DNA of 64,000 bases from Candidatus Latescibacterota bacterium (lineage in GTDB: Bacteria > Latescibacterota > UBA2968 > UBA8231), in contig OZ241867.1 of NCBI GenBank assembly GCA_965203175.1, forward strand, positions 2,304,001 through 2,368,000, in the 5' to 3' direction. Position numbers and translations under genes: made by a program. The notes beneath the pieces are model-generated. The model was not told where the DNA came from and did no database searches. It was given only the letters and a program-made list of their open reading frames with translations. Shown here one piece after another: positions 39,469-49,985 of the stretch (within the stretch, counting starts at the first letter, position 1; each line of letters starts with the position of its first letter).

Positions 39469-41771
39469 TAGTAGACTACCGAAATCAGGTGGTTTTCGCT
39501 GCGGGTAAGCGCGTCGCCCTCGGCCGTGACGCGGAGGATGTAGATGCCCGGCGCGACGGTGCGGCCTTGGCTGTCGCGTCCGTCCCATTGATAGGTCTGG
39601 TGCCCGGCCGTGGTGGCTGCATCGCTGATGAGCGCAACCCGGCGGCCGGTCAAGGTATAGACATCGATGATAACCGGACGAGGAGCGAGCACTTTGAACA
39701 GGTTGAGGTCAATGTGCAACCGGTCTGAAATCCCGTCGCCATTGGGCGTTAGTACCCGGTTCGATAGCGACAGATCCGCAAAGAGTCGCCCGTCGGTGGG
39801 CAAGGAGACAAAGGTGCGGTCGCTGGCAATGGCGGTCTCGGCGTCGCCAGGGTCAACCTGTTGGCGCAAAGTGGTTGACAGGGCGCTGTTGAACAGAAAG
39901 GCTTCGAAGCGGGTCTGATTGAGATAGAGAATACTTTCAAAGTCGATTTCGAGTAAGGTCGAGCGTCGCACTGGCTCAGCGAGGCTGATTTTGAAGCCCT
40001 GTTCGGTTTCTTCGACCGTAGGGGCGACCGGCTCGCCAGCGAGGCGCAACGCGTGGAAGGTGGCCCCAGCGGTAGAGGTCAGTTGGATCTGATCAAAGCC
40101 ACGGCTCGACGAGACGAAGTCAGAGTGAAGATAGTACGTAAACTGGCTCCGTTCGCCGGGGACGACCTCAATGGGGAAAACTTCGGCGCGCGTCTCTTGG
40201 GCCAGTGGGTTGTCGTATTCGAGGACGATATCGTCTAAGGTCGCGGCGGCGAAAGGGTCTTCGGAGAGGAAGCGGATGTCCAACTGCACGTAGCGGCGGG
40301 GGCCGGGCGAGAGGAAGACCTGGCCGGAGGTGGCGTAGGCGCGGCTCCAATTGCTCCAGTCGGCTCCCGCGGTGCGAATGGTGTCGATGGGCCCTCGGAA
40401 GCTAGGGATCAGCTTGTCGTATTTCCGCTCGGTGACTTGCTTGCCGTTTTTGTCGTAAAAGACGTACTGACTGTCGAGGAGGTTGCCGGTGCGGCTGCGA
40501 ATTTCGACGCGCGTTTGTGGCGGCGCGTCGAGGTTCCAGCCTATGTCCGCAATGTGTTGTATGGAACCGAGGTCGTAGATGGGCGACCGCGCCATGACTT
40601 CGGCTGGATGGCCTTCGCCGAAGACCTGCCACTCGGCGGTGGTGCCGATGCGGCCATTAAAAGCTTCAAAGCCCTCGGACATGGGGAAGATCAGCCGCAC
40701 GTGGCGGACTTTGCGCAAGGGGAAGCGCTCTTGGAAGTGGCGGACTTTCGTTAGATTGCGTCGATCCGAGGGCAATTCGCCCAGCAACTCCCAGCTCAAC
40801 GAGCCATCCGGTGCCCGAGAGCCGTCGGAGACAAAAAACTGATACCACAGATAATTGAAGACACCAGACCGGTGGCGACCCGAGCCTTTGCCCGGGGCTA
40901 CGCCGCTGTCATCACCCAGCATCCGCACCCGATCCACCCAATACAGCGCGCCTAGGTCTATTTCGAACTGACCGATCTGCTGTTCAGGTTGGGTACCCGA
41001 ACCGCCGCGATGCACCGTGCCCCAATAGGTGGTGATATCGCCATCGACGAGAGTATTGCTGATCCCCTTCGACTCGATGAGGGTGCGACCCAACTTAGAG
41101 GTGGCCTCAGAGATGATTTCGACACTGCCGCCCCGGCCCCATATCCCCAGCGAAAGATTGTCGCCGATGCTTTCGACCACCACCTCGCTCAGGCGGATAT
41201 TCTCCGTGGGCAGATCGGCTTCAATGCGGATATTCTTGAGCGGCTTAAGCTCATAGTCAATCTCGATGACGTGGGCTTTGTTAAAGCTGTAGCGCCAGCG
41301 CTTGTTGTAGCGCAGCGTGCCGGGGAGTATGGAATTGGCATTGCTGAAGAAAGGCTCGCCATCGGAGGTAAGAAGCTTGAAAAACTCCAGCGGGGCGCTG
41401 TCGGCGGCGAAGTGGAGCTGGATTTTGCGCGCCGAGACCACGCGCCCCAGATCGACTTCAATCCACCAATCCTCGACGTTGGCGTTTGGCTCGGGAGCCC
41501 AATAGGTCGTCAGGTCGCCGTCGATGAAATGGCGGGCATCGCCGGGATTGGAGCCGACTTTGCGGATGCCGCCACTGGCAAAGTCTAAGGCGTTGGCCAC
41601 GGCGTTGATGTCGCGGCGGACAAAGGCGGGTTTGAGCGTACCGAGCGCGACTTCGACGGCGTCGCCGGGCAGTTGCCATTGGCGCCAGTCGTTGGAGGTG
41701 GCGATGCGGAGTTGGTCGCCAGCGAGGGGCGTGGCGAGCAGCAGGGCACTGACGAGGATGGCGTTGCGCAT
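39468..41771 (-). CDS. Exported protein with discoidin-like and C-terminal FlgD-Ig domains
   Basis: Signal peptide; DGDLTTYW..EVDLG twice; TPNGDGISD, WDGRDSQG..PGIY. Confidence 0.8.
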   Translation of the reverse strand: MRNAILVSALLLATPLAGDQLRIATSNDWRQWQLPGDAVEVALGTLKPAFVRRDINAVANALDFASGGIRKVGSNPGDARHFIDGDLTTYWAPEPNANVEDWWIEVDLGRVVSARKIQLHFAADSAPLEFFKLLTSDGEPFFSNANSILPGTLRYNKRWRYSFNKAHVIEIDYELKPLKNIRIEADLPTENIRLSEVVVESIGDNLSLGIWGRGGSVEIISEATSKLGRTLIESKGISNTLVDGDITTYWGTVHRGGSGTQPEQQIGQFEIDLGALYWVDRVRMLGDDSGVAPGKGSGRHRSGVFNYLWYQFFVSDGSRAPDGSLSWELLGELPSDRRNLTKVRHFQERFPLRKVRHVRLIFPMSEGFEAFNGRIGTTAEWQVFGEGHPAEVMARSPIYDLGSIQHIADIGWNLDAPPQTRVEIRSRTGNLLDSQYVFYDKNGKQVTERKYDKLIPSFRGPIDTIRTAGADWSNWSRAYATSGQVFLSPGPRRYVQLDIRFLSEDPFAAATLDDIVLEYDNPLAQETRAEVFPIEVVPGERSQFTYYLHSDFVSSSRGFDQIQLTSTAGATFHALRLAGEPVAPTVEETEQGFKISLAEPVRRSTLLEIDFESILYLNQTRFEAFLFNSALSTTLRQQVDPGDAETAIASDRTFVSLPTDGRLFADLSLSNRVLTPNGDGISDRLHIDLNLFKVLAPRPVIIDVYTLTGRRVALISDAATTAGHQTYQWDGRDSQGRTVAPGIYILRVTAEGDALTRSENHLISVVY

Positions 41772-41849
41772 GGGATATATCCGGTTGAGCCGAACAATAA
41801 TCCAATATAGGACGCGCAAAAGGGGACTAACAACAAATAATTCCCCGCG

Positions 41850-42227
41850 CTAGGTCACCCCTATGGAAGCGTGGATCTGAGCAAACTTCCATTCACCCGC
41901 GTCCCGCTCCAATACGCCCGTCAAACGCAGGGCCAGTTCCTCGTCCTGGCCTTGCCATTTGAGCCGCCACTGCTGCCGAGTGTAGAACCAAGCCACTGAA
42001 TCGCGCTCCTGCACGTCGAGGTGCTCTATGTCGATGGTGAAATCCCGGGTACTGGCGACGTGGTGGTGGTAGTACTGGGCAGCGCGTCCACCGCCCTCGA
42101 TGTATTCCCCCGGTTCAGTGCCGATCTTGACAAAGTGATCGGCTGGAGAGATGAGATCGATGAGCCGGTCGGCATCGCCTGTTGTCAACGCGGCGAAGTA
42201 AGCCTCGACCTTCTGGCGGGCGTTCAT
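41850..42227 (-). CDS. SnoaL/NTF2-like protein
   Basis: RLTGVLER..WKFAQIHAS. Confidence 0.85.
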   Translation of the reverse strand: MNARQKVEAYFAALTTGDADRLIDLISPADHFVKIGTEPGEYIEGGGRAAQYYHHHVASTRDFTIDIEHLDVQERDSVAWFYTRQQWRLKWQGQDEELALRLTGVLERDAGEWKFAQIHASIGVT

Positions 42228-42640
42228 GGCGCAGGCTCCTGTACCCGCTCGTAGGGGATGGCGGCCACCGCGTCTATTTCAATGAGGTACTCGGGCCGCA
42301 CCAGCCGGCTGACCTCGACGAGGGTACTGGCTGGATAGGGTGGCGCGAAGTACTCGGCCCGCACTCGGTGGATTTGGTCGAGATGGGCCATATCCGTGAC
42401 GAAGACCGTCACTTTGACAATATCGTCCAGACGGCCTCCCACATGGGCCAGCACTTGGGCTAGATTGTCTAGCACTTGGCGCGTCTGCGCCTCGATATCG
42501 CCGATACCTACCGCGTGGCCGTCGGCGACTTGGGCCACTTGGCCCGAAAGGTGGAGGACGCGGCCTTCGGCTTGCCAGGCGGCGCTGGAGAAAATGCCAA
42601 AGGGTTGGACGACGTCGGGGGGATTGAAGGCTTGGGGCAC
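42224..42640 (-). CDS. RidA family protein
   Basis: LSGQVA, QTRQVLDNL, PASTLVEV..L..IEIDAVA. Confidence 0.92.
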   Translation of the reverse strand: MPQAFNPPDVVQPFGIFSSAAWQAEGRVLHLSGQVAQVADGHAVGIGDIEAQTRQVLDNLAQVLAHVGGRLDDIVKVTVFVTDMAHLDQIHRVRAEYFAPPYPASTLVEVSRLVRPEYLIEIDAVAAIPYERVQEPAP

Positions 42641-42776
42641 AATGGAAATCTCCTCAGTGAATTTGCAGGTGACCGCGCAGAAGGTAGCGCAACTTCTTGC
42701 GGTCCGCAGCCATCCGCAAGTTTGACAGCCAACGGCTCTCTTGTATTATAATTAAATCTCCCGCATCGCTATCCTA

Positions 42777-43889
42777 GTGTCCGACGCCATGGTTCGCATT
42801 CTGCTCACTCTCTTCATCGCCGTTCCCCTCCACGCCGACATCTACAATCGCCTCGGCGAGTTGACCCACCACCTGCACTCGGGCGGAGTGCCCCGCGACG
42901 GCATCCCGGCCATGACCAATCCCCAAAGCGTTGCACCGGAGGATGCGCACTATCTCGCGGATACAGATCGAATCCTCGGCGTGGTCGCAAATGATGCAGC
43001 GCGGGCCTATCCGCATCGCCTCGGTTGGAAGCACGAAGTCATCAACGACCAGCTCGGCGGCCAGTACATCAGCGTCACGTTCTGTCCGCTGACCAGCACT
43101 GGACTAGTTTTTAACGCGACGGCCCCAGACTCAGCACAAATCGAATTCGGCGTCTCTGGCGTGGTGCTCAACAGCAACTTGGTGCTGTACGACCGCCGCG
43201 ACGAGAAAACTCTGTACCCGCAGATGATCTACGTTGGTATTAGCGGCGAATACAGAGGGCGGCGCCTCCAGCTCTTGCCCGTAGTCGAGACGACGTGGGG
43301 CCTGTGGCGCGCGCTGCATCCGCACACCACGGTCGTCCAAGCGGCGACCGGCCTCGACCGCTACCCGGATTATATCCGCGCACTGTATCCGCTTGAGGCG
43401 TACCGCCACTACCCTTATGGGAGCTATCGCGGCGACCACCGGATGATTATTTTTCCGCTTACCACCGCTCGGCCCAGCGATCGCTTGTCGGCCAAGGAAA
43501 TGGTCTTGGGGTTGCGAGCCGCTGGCGAGACCAAGGCTTATCCCTTTACTTGGATGCCCGACAAGGCCGTCATCAACGATCGCGTTGGCGACCGCGCCGT
43601 GCTCGTGCTCTACCACTTAGCGACTGCCACCGCCATCCCCTACAGCCGCGTCGTCGACGGCCAGCTTTTGACCTTTCGCATCCTCAGCCGCACCGACGAC
43701 CTGCCTTTGGCCTTTGCCGACGTGGAGACCGGCAGCGAGTGGAACATGCTCGGCGAGGCCCTTTCTGGCCCACTCAAGGGAGCGCAGTTAGAGCAGATCC
43801 CAGCCTATAATTCGATGTGGTTTGGGTGGTCGGCCTACTGGCCGGAGACCCGCTTGTGGAATGGCGAGGGCATTCTGTCTTCGCTCTAA
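42777..43889 (+). CDS. DUF3179 family exported protein
   Basis: GGVPRDGIPA, RAYP, HEVIND, FCPLT, NSNLVLYDR, WFGW. Confidence 0.85.
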   Translation: MSDAMVRILLTLFIAVPLHADIYNRLGELTHHLHSGGVPRDGIPAMTNPQSVAPEDAHYLADTDRILGVVANDAARAYPHRLGWKHEVINDQLGGQYISVTFCPLTSTGLVFNATAPDSAQIEFGVSGVVLNSNLVLYDRRDEKTLYPQMIYVGISGEYRGRRLQLLPVVETTWGLWRALHPHTTVVQAATGLDRYPDYIRALYPLEAYRHYPYGSYRGDHRMIIFPLTTARPSDRLSAKEMVLGLRAAGETKAYPFTWMPDKAVINDRVGDRAVLVLYHLATATAIPYSRVVDGQLLTFRILSRTDDLPLAFADVETGSEWNMLGEALSGPLKGAQLEQIPAYNSMWFGWSAYWPETRLWNGEGILSSL

Positions 43890-44008
43890 TTAAGAAGCTG
43901 AAAATCCCCTTCGCCGGCCTTGTCCGCCGCGCTTGCACCGCCTAAAGGCGGCGTATATGCGCTCGCGCTCGGGGCACACCCGGAATTTCCAGATAGCTTC
44001 TAAGGAGC

Positions 44009-45148
44009 TTGGCTATGCACGAAGTCCCCAAAGGGAAGATTACTTGTATTGAAAAATGCGTTCTGCGCGGCACTCGGCCGCGCTACATCGGCTTCAACGC
44101 CCGCATTCCCGCCCACGGCGCGCAGATCGCGGATCCGGTCGTCAGAATCCGCACGGACGGCGGGGCGTGGGGCTTGGGGTGGTCCCGGATTGGCGAGGAC
44201 GAGGCGCGCGCGCTGCTCGGCAAGGAGGTCAGCGATCTCTTCCAACTCCCCGATGGCTGTCTGCCCGCGGGCTGCAACCTCGACCTGCCGCTGTGGGATT
44301 TGGTGGCGCGGATGATGGATTTGCCGCTGTACCGCCTGCTCGGTGCCCGCGGCAAACGCGAGGTCGAAGTGTACGACGGCTCGGTCTATATCGACGATTT
44401 GGAAGCCGCAGATGAGGAACAGGTCAAAGATATCTTCCGCGGCGAAGTCGCCACCGGCCACGAGCACGGCTACTTGCACTTCAAGATCAAGGTCGGCCGC
44501 GGTGCGCGCTGGATGCCCACGGATGCGGGCCTCAAGCGCGACGAGTTGGTCATTCGCACGGTGCGCGAAGCCGCCGGCCCGCAGGCCAAGGTGCTCATCG
44601 ACGCCAACATGGGCAATACGCTCAATACAGCTATAGCCCTGTTGGACGCCTGCGCGGATGTGGGCATCTATTGGTTTGAGGAGCCTTTTGCCGAAGACGC
44701 CCCGCTCAATCAAGCGCTTAAGCAGCACATCGTCGAAAATGACTGGGACACGCTGGTTGCCGACGGGGAATTTTCGCCGCCGCCGTACTTTTTTGACTTG
44801 GTAGAACAGGGATTTATCGACGTGGTACAGCACGATTTTCGCGCCATGGGGCTGACGTGGTGGCGGAGCACATCGGCGCGTCTAGAGCAGTGGAACGCGC
44901 TCTGCGCACCCCACTGCTGGGGATCGTACATAGAGCGCTTTCACCACGCCCATTTTGCCGCTGCCATCCCGAACTTCTGCCTGCTCGAAGCCGCGCCGGC
45001 TGCCATGCCCGGGCTGATCACCGACGGCTGGCGGCTGGCCGACTCCATCCTACACGTGCCCGACACGCCCGGCGCGGGCCTCGACATCGATCCGCGCATC
45101 TTCGCGCAGGGCATGGAGGATCGAGAGGGATTTAGGGTGGCGATTTGA
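44009..45148 (+). CDS. Mandelate racemase/MLE family enzyme
   Basis: LWDL, KIKVGRG, IDAN, WFEEPF, ADGE, PHCWG. Confidence 0.9.
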   Translation: MAMHEVPKGKITCIEKCVLRGTRPRYIGFNARIPAHGAQIADPVVRIRTDGGAWGLGWSRIGEDEARALLGKEVSDLFQLPDGCLPAGCNLDLPLWDLVARMMDLPLYRLLGARGKREVEVYDGSVYIDDLEAADEEQVKDIFRGEVATGHEHGYLHFKIKVGRGARWMPTDAGLKRDELVIRTVREAAGPQAKVLIDANMGNTLNTAIALLDACADVGIYWFEEPFAEDAPLNQALKQHIVENDWDTLVADGEFSPPPYFFDLVEQGFIDVVQHDFRAMGLTWWRSTSARLEQWNALCAPHCWGSYIERFHHAHFAAAIPNFCLLEAAPAAMPGLITDGWRLADSILHVPDTPGAGLDIDPRIFAQGMEDREGFRVAI

Positions 45149-45266
45149 GGTGAAAAAATAAAGAATAGGGAGGCGAAAATCGCAGTTATGCATATCTTTG
45201 TACAATCCCCTTTATCCCCTGCCGTTTTTCTGTCCTAAATACGCTGTAAATGAGGAGGAGTGTGCG

Positions 45267-46676
45267 ATGACAGACGATCTTCACACCAACCCGTTTGAGA
45301 AGATCGACACCAATAAGGTCGCGGAAGATCTGCATATAGTAGAAGATAGCCAACGAAACGCGAGGCGGGGTCGGCCCGCACTAGACAGCGCGGAAGACGA
45401 TCTCGACCCCACCGAACGCAAGGTTATCGGGCTGATTGAGGGCGCTCAAGCACAGGCTCAGAATACGTGCGAGAGCGAGCTAAAGGCATACAGAGAGCGT
45501 CTGGTCGCGCTAGACTTCCGGGAACAACTAAGTTCCATTGATATTGAAACTGCCAAGCAACGCGCGGAGTTCGATCAGCACGTCGATAAGGCCATAGTGG
45601 AGTTGAGTAGAGAGCAGCAGGATCTGCGCAGAAAAAAAGAGGACATGCAGCAGTTTAAGGAACAAAATGGCCTCAGCCGCGAGCCGCAGCCTCGCAACTG
45701 GGACGATAAGATATTTAACATCGGCCTCATCGCCGTACTCTTTCTCATTGAGACATTTGGCAATGCCTCCTTTCTGGCAAAGGGCAACGAGTTTGGGCTG
45801 TTCGGCGCGTACACGGAGGCAGTTGTCATTTCGTTTGTCAATCTCGGTCTTGCCTTTTTGCTCGGCATCCTCGTCACCAATTTCAACCACATCCACTGGG
45901 GCAGACGGTCTGTGGGTATTATCAGCGCCGCGGTGTTTATAGTCTTTGCGTTATTTTTCAACCTAATGGTGGCGCATTATCGGGAAACAACGGGCACGGT
46001 ACTCGACGAAGGGGGCAAACTCGCCATTGCCGCTTTCGGCGAGAATCCATTGGGTCTAGGGGACTTCCAATCGTGGATTCTGTTCTTTATGGGATTCCTC
46101 TTTGCGATTATTAGCTTTATCGATGGCATCCTGTGGGATGATCGCTATCCGGGTTACGCAAAGTCCGCGCGCGTATTCGCGGAGGCCGACGACGCATACA
46201 ACGAATTCTATCAGGCCTGCCTAAAGGGATTGAAGAAAACGTCGGATGAGGCGGTGCAGGCGTTGGAGAATATCAAGCAAAACATTTTGCTCGCGGGGCG
46301 ACAACACGATTCTATCATCGACGACCACCGACGCCTTATCAAATCGTTCGACGACCATCTAGATCACCTAGAACACGCGGGAAACCACTTGCTCAAGCTC
46401 TACCGGGATACCAACCGGGCGATGCGAGACGGCGAAGCGCCAGCGCGCTTCAAGAAGCCCTGGAGCATAGTGAAAACGCCAATAGACACCAGCTTGCCGA
46501 AGGCCATGCTGACGCGCGAGGAGATCTTGAAGATCACCAGCGCGGCGGAGATAAAAATTGATAATGGCGTGAATGAACTGCACAATCACTACGATATGGG
46601 CAGCGAGGAATTGAGACCATTGGCCCCGCATCGGCGGCAGCCGGATAGCCCGAGGGACGATCAGGACGAAGATTAA
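45267..46676 (+). CDS. Coiled-coil membrane protein (about 4 TM)
   Basis: GGAGGAG RBS; helical N- and C-terminal regions around a central TM bundle; DDRYPGY. Confidence 0.75.
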   Translation: MTDDLHTNPFEKIDTNKVAEDLHIVEDSQRNARRGRPALDSAEDDLDPTERKVIGLIEGAQAQAQNTCESELKAYRERLVALDFREQLSSIDIETAKQRAEFDQHVDKAIVELSREQQDLRRKKEDMQQFKEQNGLSREPQPRNWDDKIFNIGLIAVLFLIETFGNASFLAKGNEFGLFGAYTEAVVISFVNLGLAFLLGILVTNFNHIHWGRRSVGIISAAVFIVFALFFNLMVAHYRETTGTVLDEGGKLAIAAFGENPLGLGDFQSWILFFMGFLFAIISFIDGILWDDRYPGYAKSARVFAEADDAYNEFYQACLKGLKKTSDEAVQALENIKQNILLAGRQHDSIIDDHRRLIKSFDDHLDHLEHAGNHLLKLYRDTNRAMRDGEAPARFKKPWSIVKTPIDTSLPKAMLTREEILKITSAAEIKIDNGVNELHNHYDMGSEELRPLAPHRRQPDSPRDDQDED

Positions 46677-47476
46677 TGAGTGTAGGTAAGCTATCGAATA
46701 AAACGATAGCAGGCGGTGCGATGATCGCGGGGGTCATCGCGATCTTGCTCGTTGTTGTGGTGCTGAAGCCGCCGTCGGTCGAGCGCGATCCTAAGACTCT
46801 GTGCCGCTCGGAGGGTCCCTCGGCGATTACGGCCATCTTGCTCGATCGCACGGATTCGTTCATGCCCACCACCAAATCCGATCTGGAGACCCGGATCTGG
46901 AACTTGCTCGATGAGATTGAGGAGAATCACGAGATTAGTCTTTTTGCGGTGGACCCTACGCATGGCGGGGCCCTCGACCCGATCATCAAGGTCTGTAGCC
47001 CCGGCGACCCGAAAAACGTCGATCATCTCACGCAATCCGAAGCGATCATTCGGCGCAACTGGCAGCAGAAATTTCGCACACCTTTAGAAGAGGAGCTTAG
47101 AAAGCTGCTCACCAACAAGGAGGCGAAATCGTCGCCGATCATGGAGTCGGTGCAGTCGGTTGCCATAAAGCATTTCCAGAGCACCAAGCGGCGCGATGTG
47201 CCGCGTCGTCTCATCGTTGTTTCAGATCTGCTGCAGAACAGCGACGCGATTTCGTTCTACAAGGATGAGCCGGATTTCCAGCGCTTCCACGGTAGTCCCC
47301 AAGCCCGAGGGCTAAATCCAGATTTGCGGGGCGTCGAGATTGAGCTATGGCTCATTCAGCGGAAGCAACGGCAGCAGGGAGACGGGGAAGCCGTGTTGCA
47401 ATTCTTCCGCTCTTGGCTCGCAGAACACGGAGGCCGGGTTCGCGCGTCTGTCCGAACTTCGGGCATAAACGACTGA
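46676..47476 (+). CDS. Membrane-anchored vWA-like protein
   Basis: N-terminal TM; ILLDRTDS (MIDAS-like), SPIME, LIVVSDLLQN; TAATG overlap. Confidence 0.7.
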   Translation: MSVGKLSNKTIAGGAMIAGVIAILLVVVVLKPPSVERDPKTLCRSEGPSAITAILLDRTDSFMPTTKSDLETRIWNLLDEIEENHEISLFAVDPTHGGALDPIIKVCSPGDPKNVDHLTQSEAIIRRNWQQKFRTPLEEELRKLLTNKEAKSSPIMESVQSVAIKHFQSTKRRDVPRRLIVVSDLLQNSDAISFYKDEPDFQRFHGSPQARGLNPDLRGVEIELWLIQRKQRQQGDGEAVLQFFRSWLAEHGGRVRASVRTSGIND

Positions 47477-47500
47477 CGAGAACCGCCCCGGCAACCCTGC

Positions 47501-48361
47501 TCAGCGCTCCAACCACCTCGGCAAGCGAATTTCAGCAGACTGCTGCCAAGCCGTCAGGTAAAGCGAGGCTGTAAAGCGCACGGAGGTGCGGGCTAAATCT
47601 AAGGTCAAGGCGCGCACGCGGGCGTCGTTCTCGTCTTCCCAATGGCCCCACAGCGCGTACACTTCTTCCACCCGCCAGTTGCTTTTTTTGATCTGGCCAG
47701 TGATGGCCTTCATCAGCGAATCAAAGGCTGCAACGTCCTGCTCGGCCGCCAAATCCTCGGGCGCAAAGCCGAGCCGCTCCACCGATGAATCCACCTGTTC
47801 GTGAATGCCCTTGCCTATAACCGTGCCGTCCGCTTGCTTCTTGCCGTCGAAGTCTAGGGTCGTGTGCAGGGGCTGACAGATGTCTTGGGCATAGTGGGCG
47901 AGCATGCCCGCATAGACGAGGCACTTTTGTTGAATCGCCTCGTTCTCCGGCCACTGGCGATGCTCGGCAAAGGCCACGGCTAGCCGCTCGGTCCACTCGG
48001 CGATGGCGTAGGGGGCCATCCCAACTCGCGGTGGGTCTAGCTGTAGCTCGAAGCACAAGGTGATGAAGTCAAAGCGCTTCGCCGGAATCGCTCGTCCCCC
48101 AAGGTACTCCAGATCGAAATAGTGCTCTCCGTGCTCGGCGTGGCTCAGCAAGGGGGTGCGGCGATTCTTGAACAGATCTGGATCGAAGACCACGTGGCTG
48201 GCGAGGTTGCCCCCTTGGGGAAAGAAAGCCGGCATTTCCTCCGGCAGGGCCAGCACCGCCCCCTTGGTCAGAATTCCGTGTCCATCTCCCCACCAAGCTT
48301 GGGACGGAATGGCTACCAAGCTGGCGACGACTGCAAGCCATGTTGCGCGGATTGTTCTCAT
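47501..48361 (-). CDS. S1/P1 nuclease / Zn phospholipase C-like exported enzyme
   Basis: Signal then WWGDGH; PD; HYFD; HYAQDICQPLH; IHE. Confidence 0.8.
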   Translation of the reverse strand: MRTIRATWLAVVASLVAIPSQAWWGDGHGILTKGAVLALPEEMPAFFPQGGNLASHVVFDPDLFKNRRTPLLSHAEHGEHYFDLEYLGGRAIPAKRFDFITLCFELQLDPPRVGMAPYAIAEWTERLAVAFAEHRQWPENEAIQQKCLVYAGMLAHYAQDICQPLHTTLDFDGKKQADGTVIGKGIHEQVDSSVERLGFAPEDLAAEQDVAAFDSLMKAITGQIKKSNWRVEEVYALWGHWEDENDARVRALTLDLARTSVRFTASLYLTAWQQSAEIRLPRWLER

Positions 48362-48441
48362 TAGGTTTGCGTCCTTTCTTTGTGCAAATTACACGAAGGT
48401 TCCTAAGTAAGCCTCCAATAACCCCCAACCGCGAGGATCTC

Positions 48442-49269
48442 ATGAAACTCTCGCTCTCGGTCCGCGTGGCCGAAAAATTTCACGCCAAGCGCGAAGCCAA
48501 TATGACGCTCGAGCAATTGGCCGCCCTCGCCACCGACCACGGGTACAGCGGGCTGTGTATGCGCGCCTCGCAAGTGGGCGTCCACAGCTCGCCAGAGACG
48601 GTTGCCGCTGCTCGCGCCCTGCTCGACCGCTACTCGCTGGCCGTCTCCATGCTCACCGGCGACTTCCCGATCCCCGAAAACTCCGACCAAGGGCCAGATG
48701 CCCTCCGCAATATAACGCCCTATCTCGATCTGGCCGAACAGCTCGGCGCTCCGCTGCTGCGCGTCTGCCTAAAGACGGACGAAGATATCGCTTGGGCGCG
48801 CCGAGCCGCGGACGAAGCTGCCGAGCGCGATTTGCGCCTAGCTCACCAGTGCCACACTCGCAGTCTCTTTGAGGAAATCGACCGCTCGCTGCAAGTTTTG
48901 GCGAGCATTGGCCGCGCCAATTTCGGCCTGATCTACGAACCGGCCAACCTAGAGCTATGCGGCCAGCCTTATGGGCTGAATGCCATCGGCCGCTTCGCGC
49001 CGTACCTATTCAATGTGTATCTGCAAAATCACGCCTTGACCGCCGATGGTCCAGACGCGCTCGAGACGTGGTGCCGCGGCGAGGTGCGGTTCCGTCAGAT
49101 CCCCCTGTGGGAGGAGGGGGGCATTGGCTTCCCGCCGCTGATGGATGCGCTGCACGCGGTCGGTTATGAGGGCTATGTGACGGTTCATCAGGCCTCAGCC
49201 GAACTGGGCACGGAAGCTGCGGTCCGCGAAAGCGCCCGCTATCTCAAGCGGCTGGTGGCGACCAATTGA
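48442..49269 (+). CDS. Sugar phosphate isomerase/epimerase (xylose isomerase-like TIM barrel)
   Basis: YEPANL, VYLQN, GYEGYVTVH. Confidence 0.8.
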   Translation: MKLSLSVRVAEKFHAKREANMTLEQLAALATDHGYSGLCMRASQVGVHSSPETVAAARALLDRYSLAVSMLTGDFPIPENSDQGPDALRNITPYLDLAEQLGAPLLRVCLKTDEDIAWARRAADEAAERDLRLAHQCHTRSLFEEIDRSLQVLASIGRANFGLIYEPANLELCGQPYGLNAIGRFAPYLFNVYLQNHALTADGPDALETWCRGEVRFRQIPLWEEGGIGFPPLMDALHAVGYEGYVTVHQASAELGTEAAVRESARYLKRLVATN

Positions 49270-49344
49270 CGATGGCTATGCGTACCTTGATATTTAAATG
49301 CTTGTTCGCAAACCCTTTCACAAGTAGGAAAAAGGAGAACCATC

Positions 49345-49980
49345 ATGGCTGTCCGACTCGGCGACGAAGCTCCGGATTTCAGCGCGGAAACCACCGCGGG
49401 CCCCATCAATTTTCACGAATGGCTCGGCGATTCTTGGGGGGTGCTTTTTTCCCACCCCGCCGACTTCACCCCGGTCTGCACTACGGAGTTAGGTGTAGTG
49501 GCCAATATCGAAGAGGAATTCAAAAAGCGCGGCGTCAAGATCATCGCCTTGAGCGTCAACTCGGTTGACGATCACGAGGGCTGGATCGACGACATCAACG
49601 AAACCCAAAACGCCAATCTCGCCTTCCCGATGATCGCCGATCCCGAGCGCAAGGTCTCCGAGCTCTACGACATGATCCACCCCAACGCGCTCGACAATAT
49701 GACCGTGCGCTCGGTGTTCGTCATCGGCCCGGACAAAAAGGTCAAGCTGACGCTGACCTACCCGGCCTCGACCGGCCGCAATTTCGACGAAATTTTGCGC
49801 GTGATTGACTCGCTGCAACTGACGGCCAATTACTCGGTCGCTACTCCGGCCAATTGGCAAGATGGCGACGACTGTATCGTAGTCCCGGCCCTTTCGGACG
49901 AGGAAGCCTCCGAGAAATTTCCCCAGGGCTTTACGGCGGTTAAGCCCTACCTGCGCGTCACGCCACAGCCCAATAAGTAA
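49345..49980 (+). CDS. 1-Cys peroxiredoxin (Prx6)
   Basis: FSHPADFTPVCTTE, YPASTGRNFDE, ATPANW. Confidence 0.95.
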   Translation: MAVRLGDEAPDFSAETTAGPINFHEWLGDSWGVLFSHPADFTPVCTTELGVVANIEEEFKKRGVKIIALSVNSVDDHEGWIDDINETQNANLAFPMIADPERKVSELYDMIHPNALDNMTVRSVFVIGPDKKVKLTLTYPASTGRNFDEILRVIDSLQLTANYSVATPANWQDGDDCIVVPALSDEEASEKFPQGFTAVKPYLRVTPQPNK

Positions 49981-49985
49981 GCGAT

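Noticed and set aside
42777-43889. Selenoprotein readthrough in DUF3179
   Set aside because: ORF is uninterrupted and has Cys (CPLT); no in-frame TGA
47477-47530. Possible third duplicated 3' end (S1/P1 gene)
   Set aside because: Only about 12 of 14 nt match and the copy is adjacent rather than flanking cargo; could be chance
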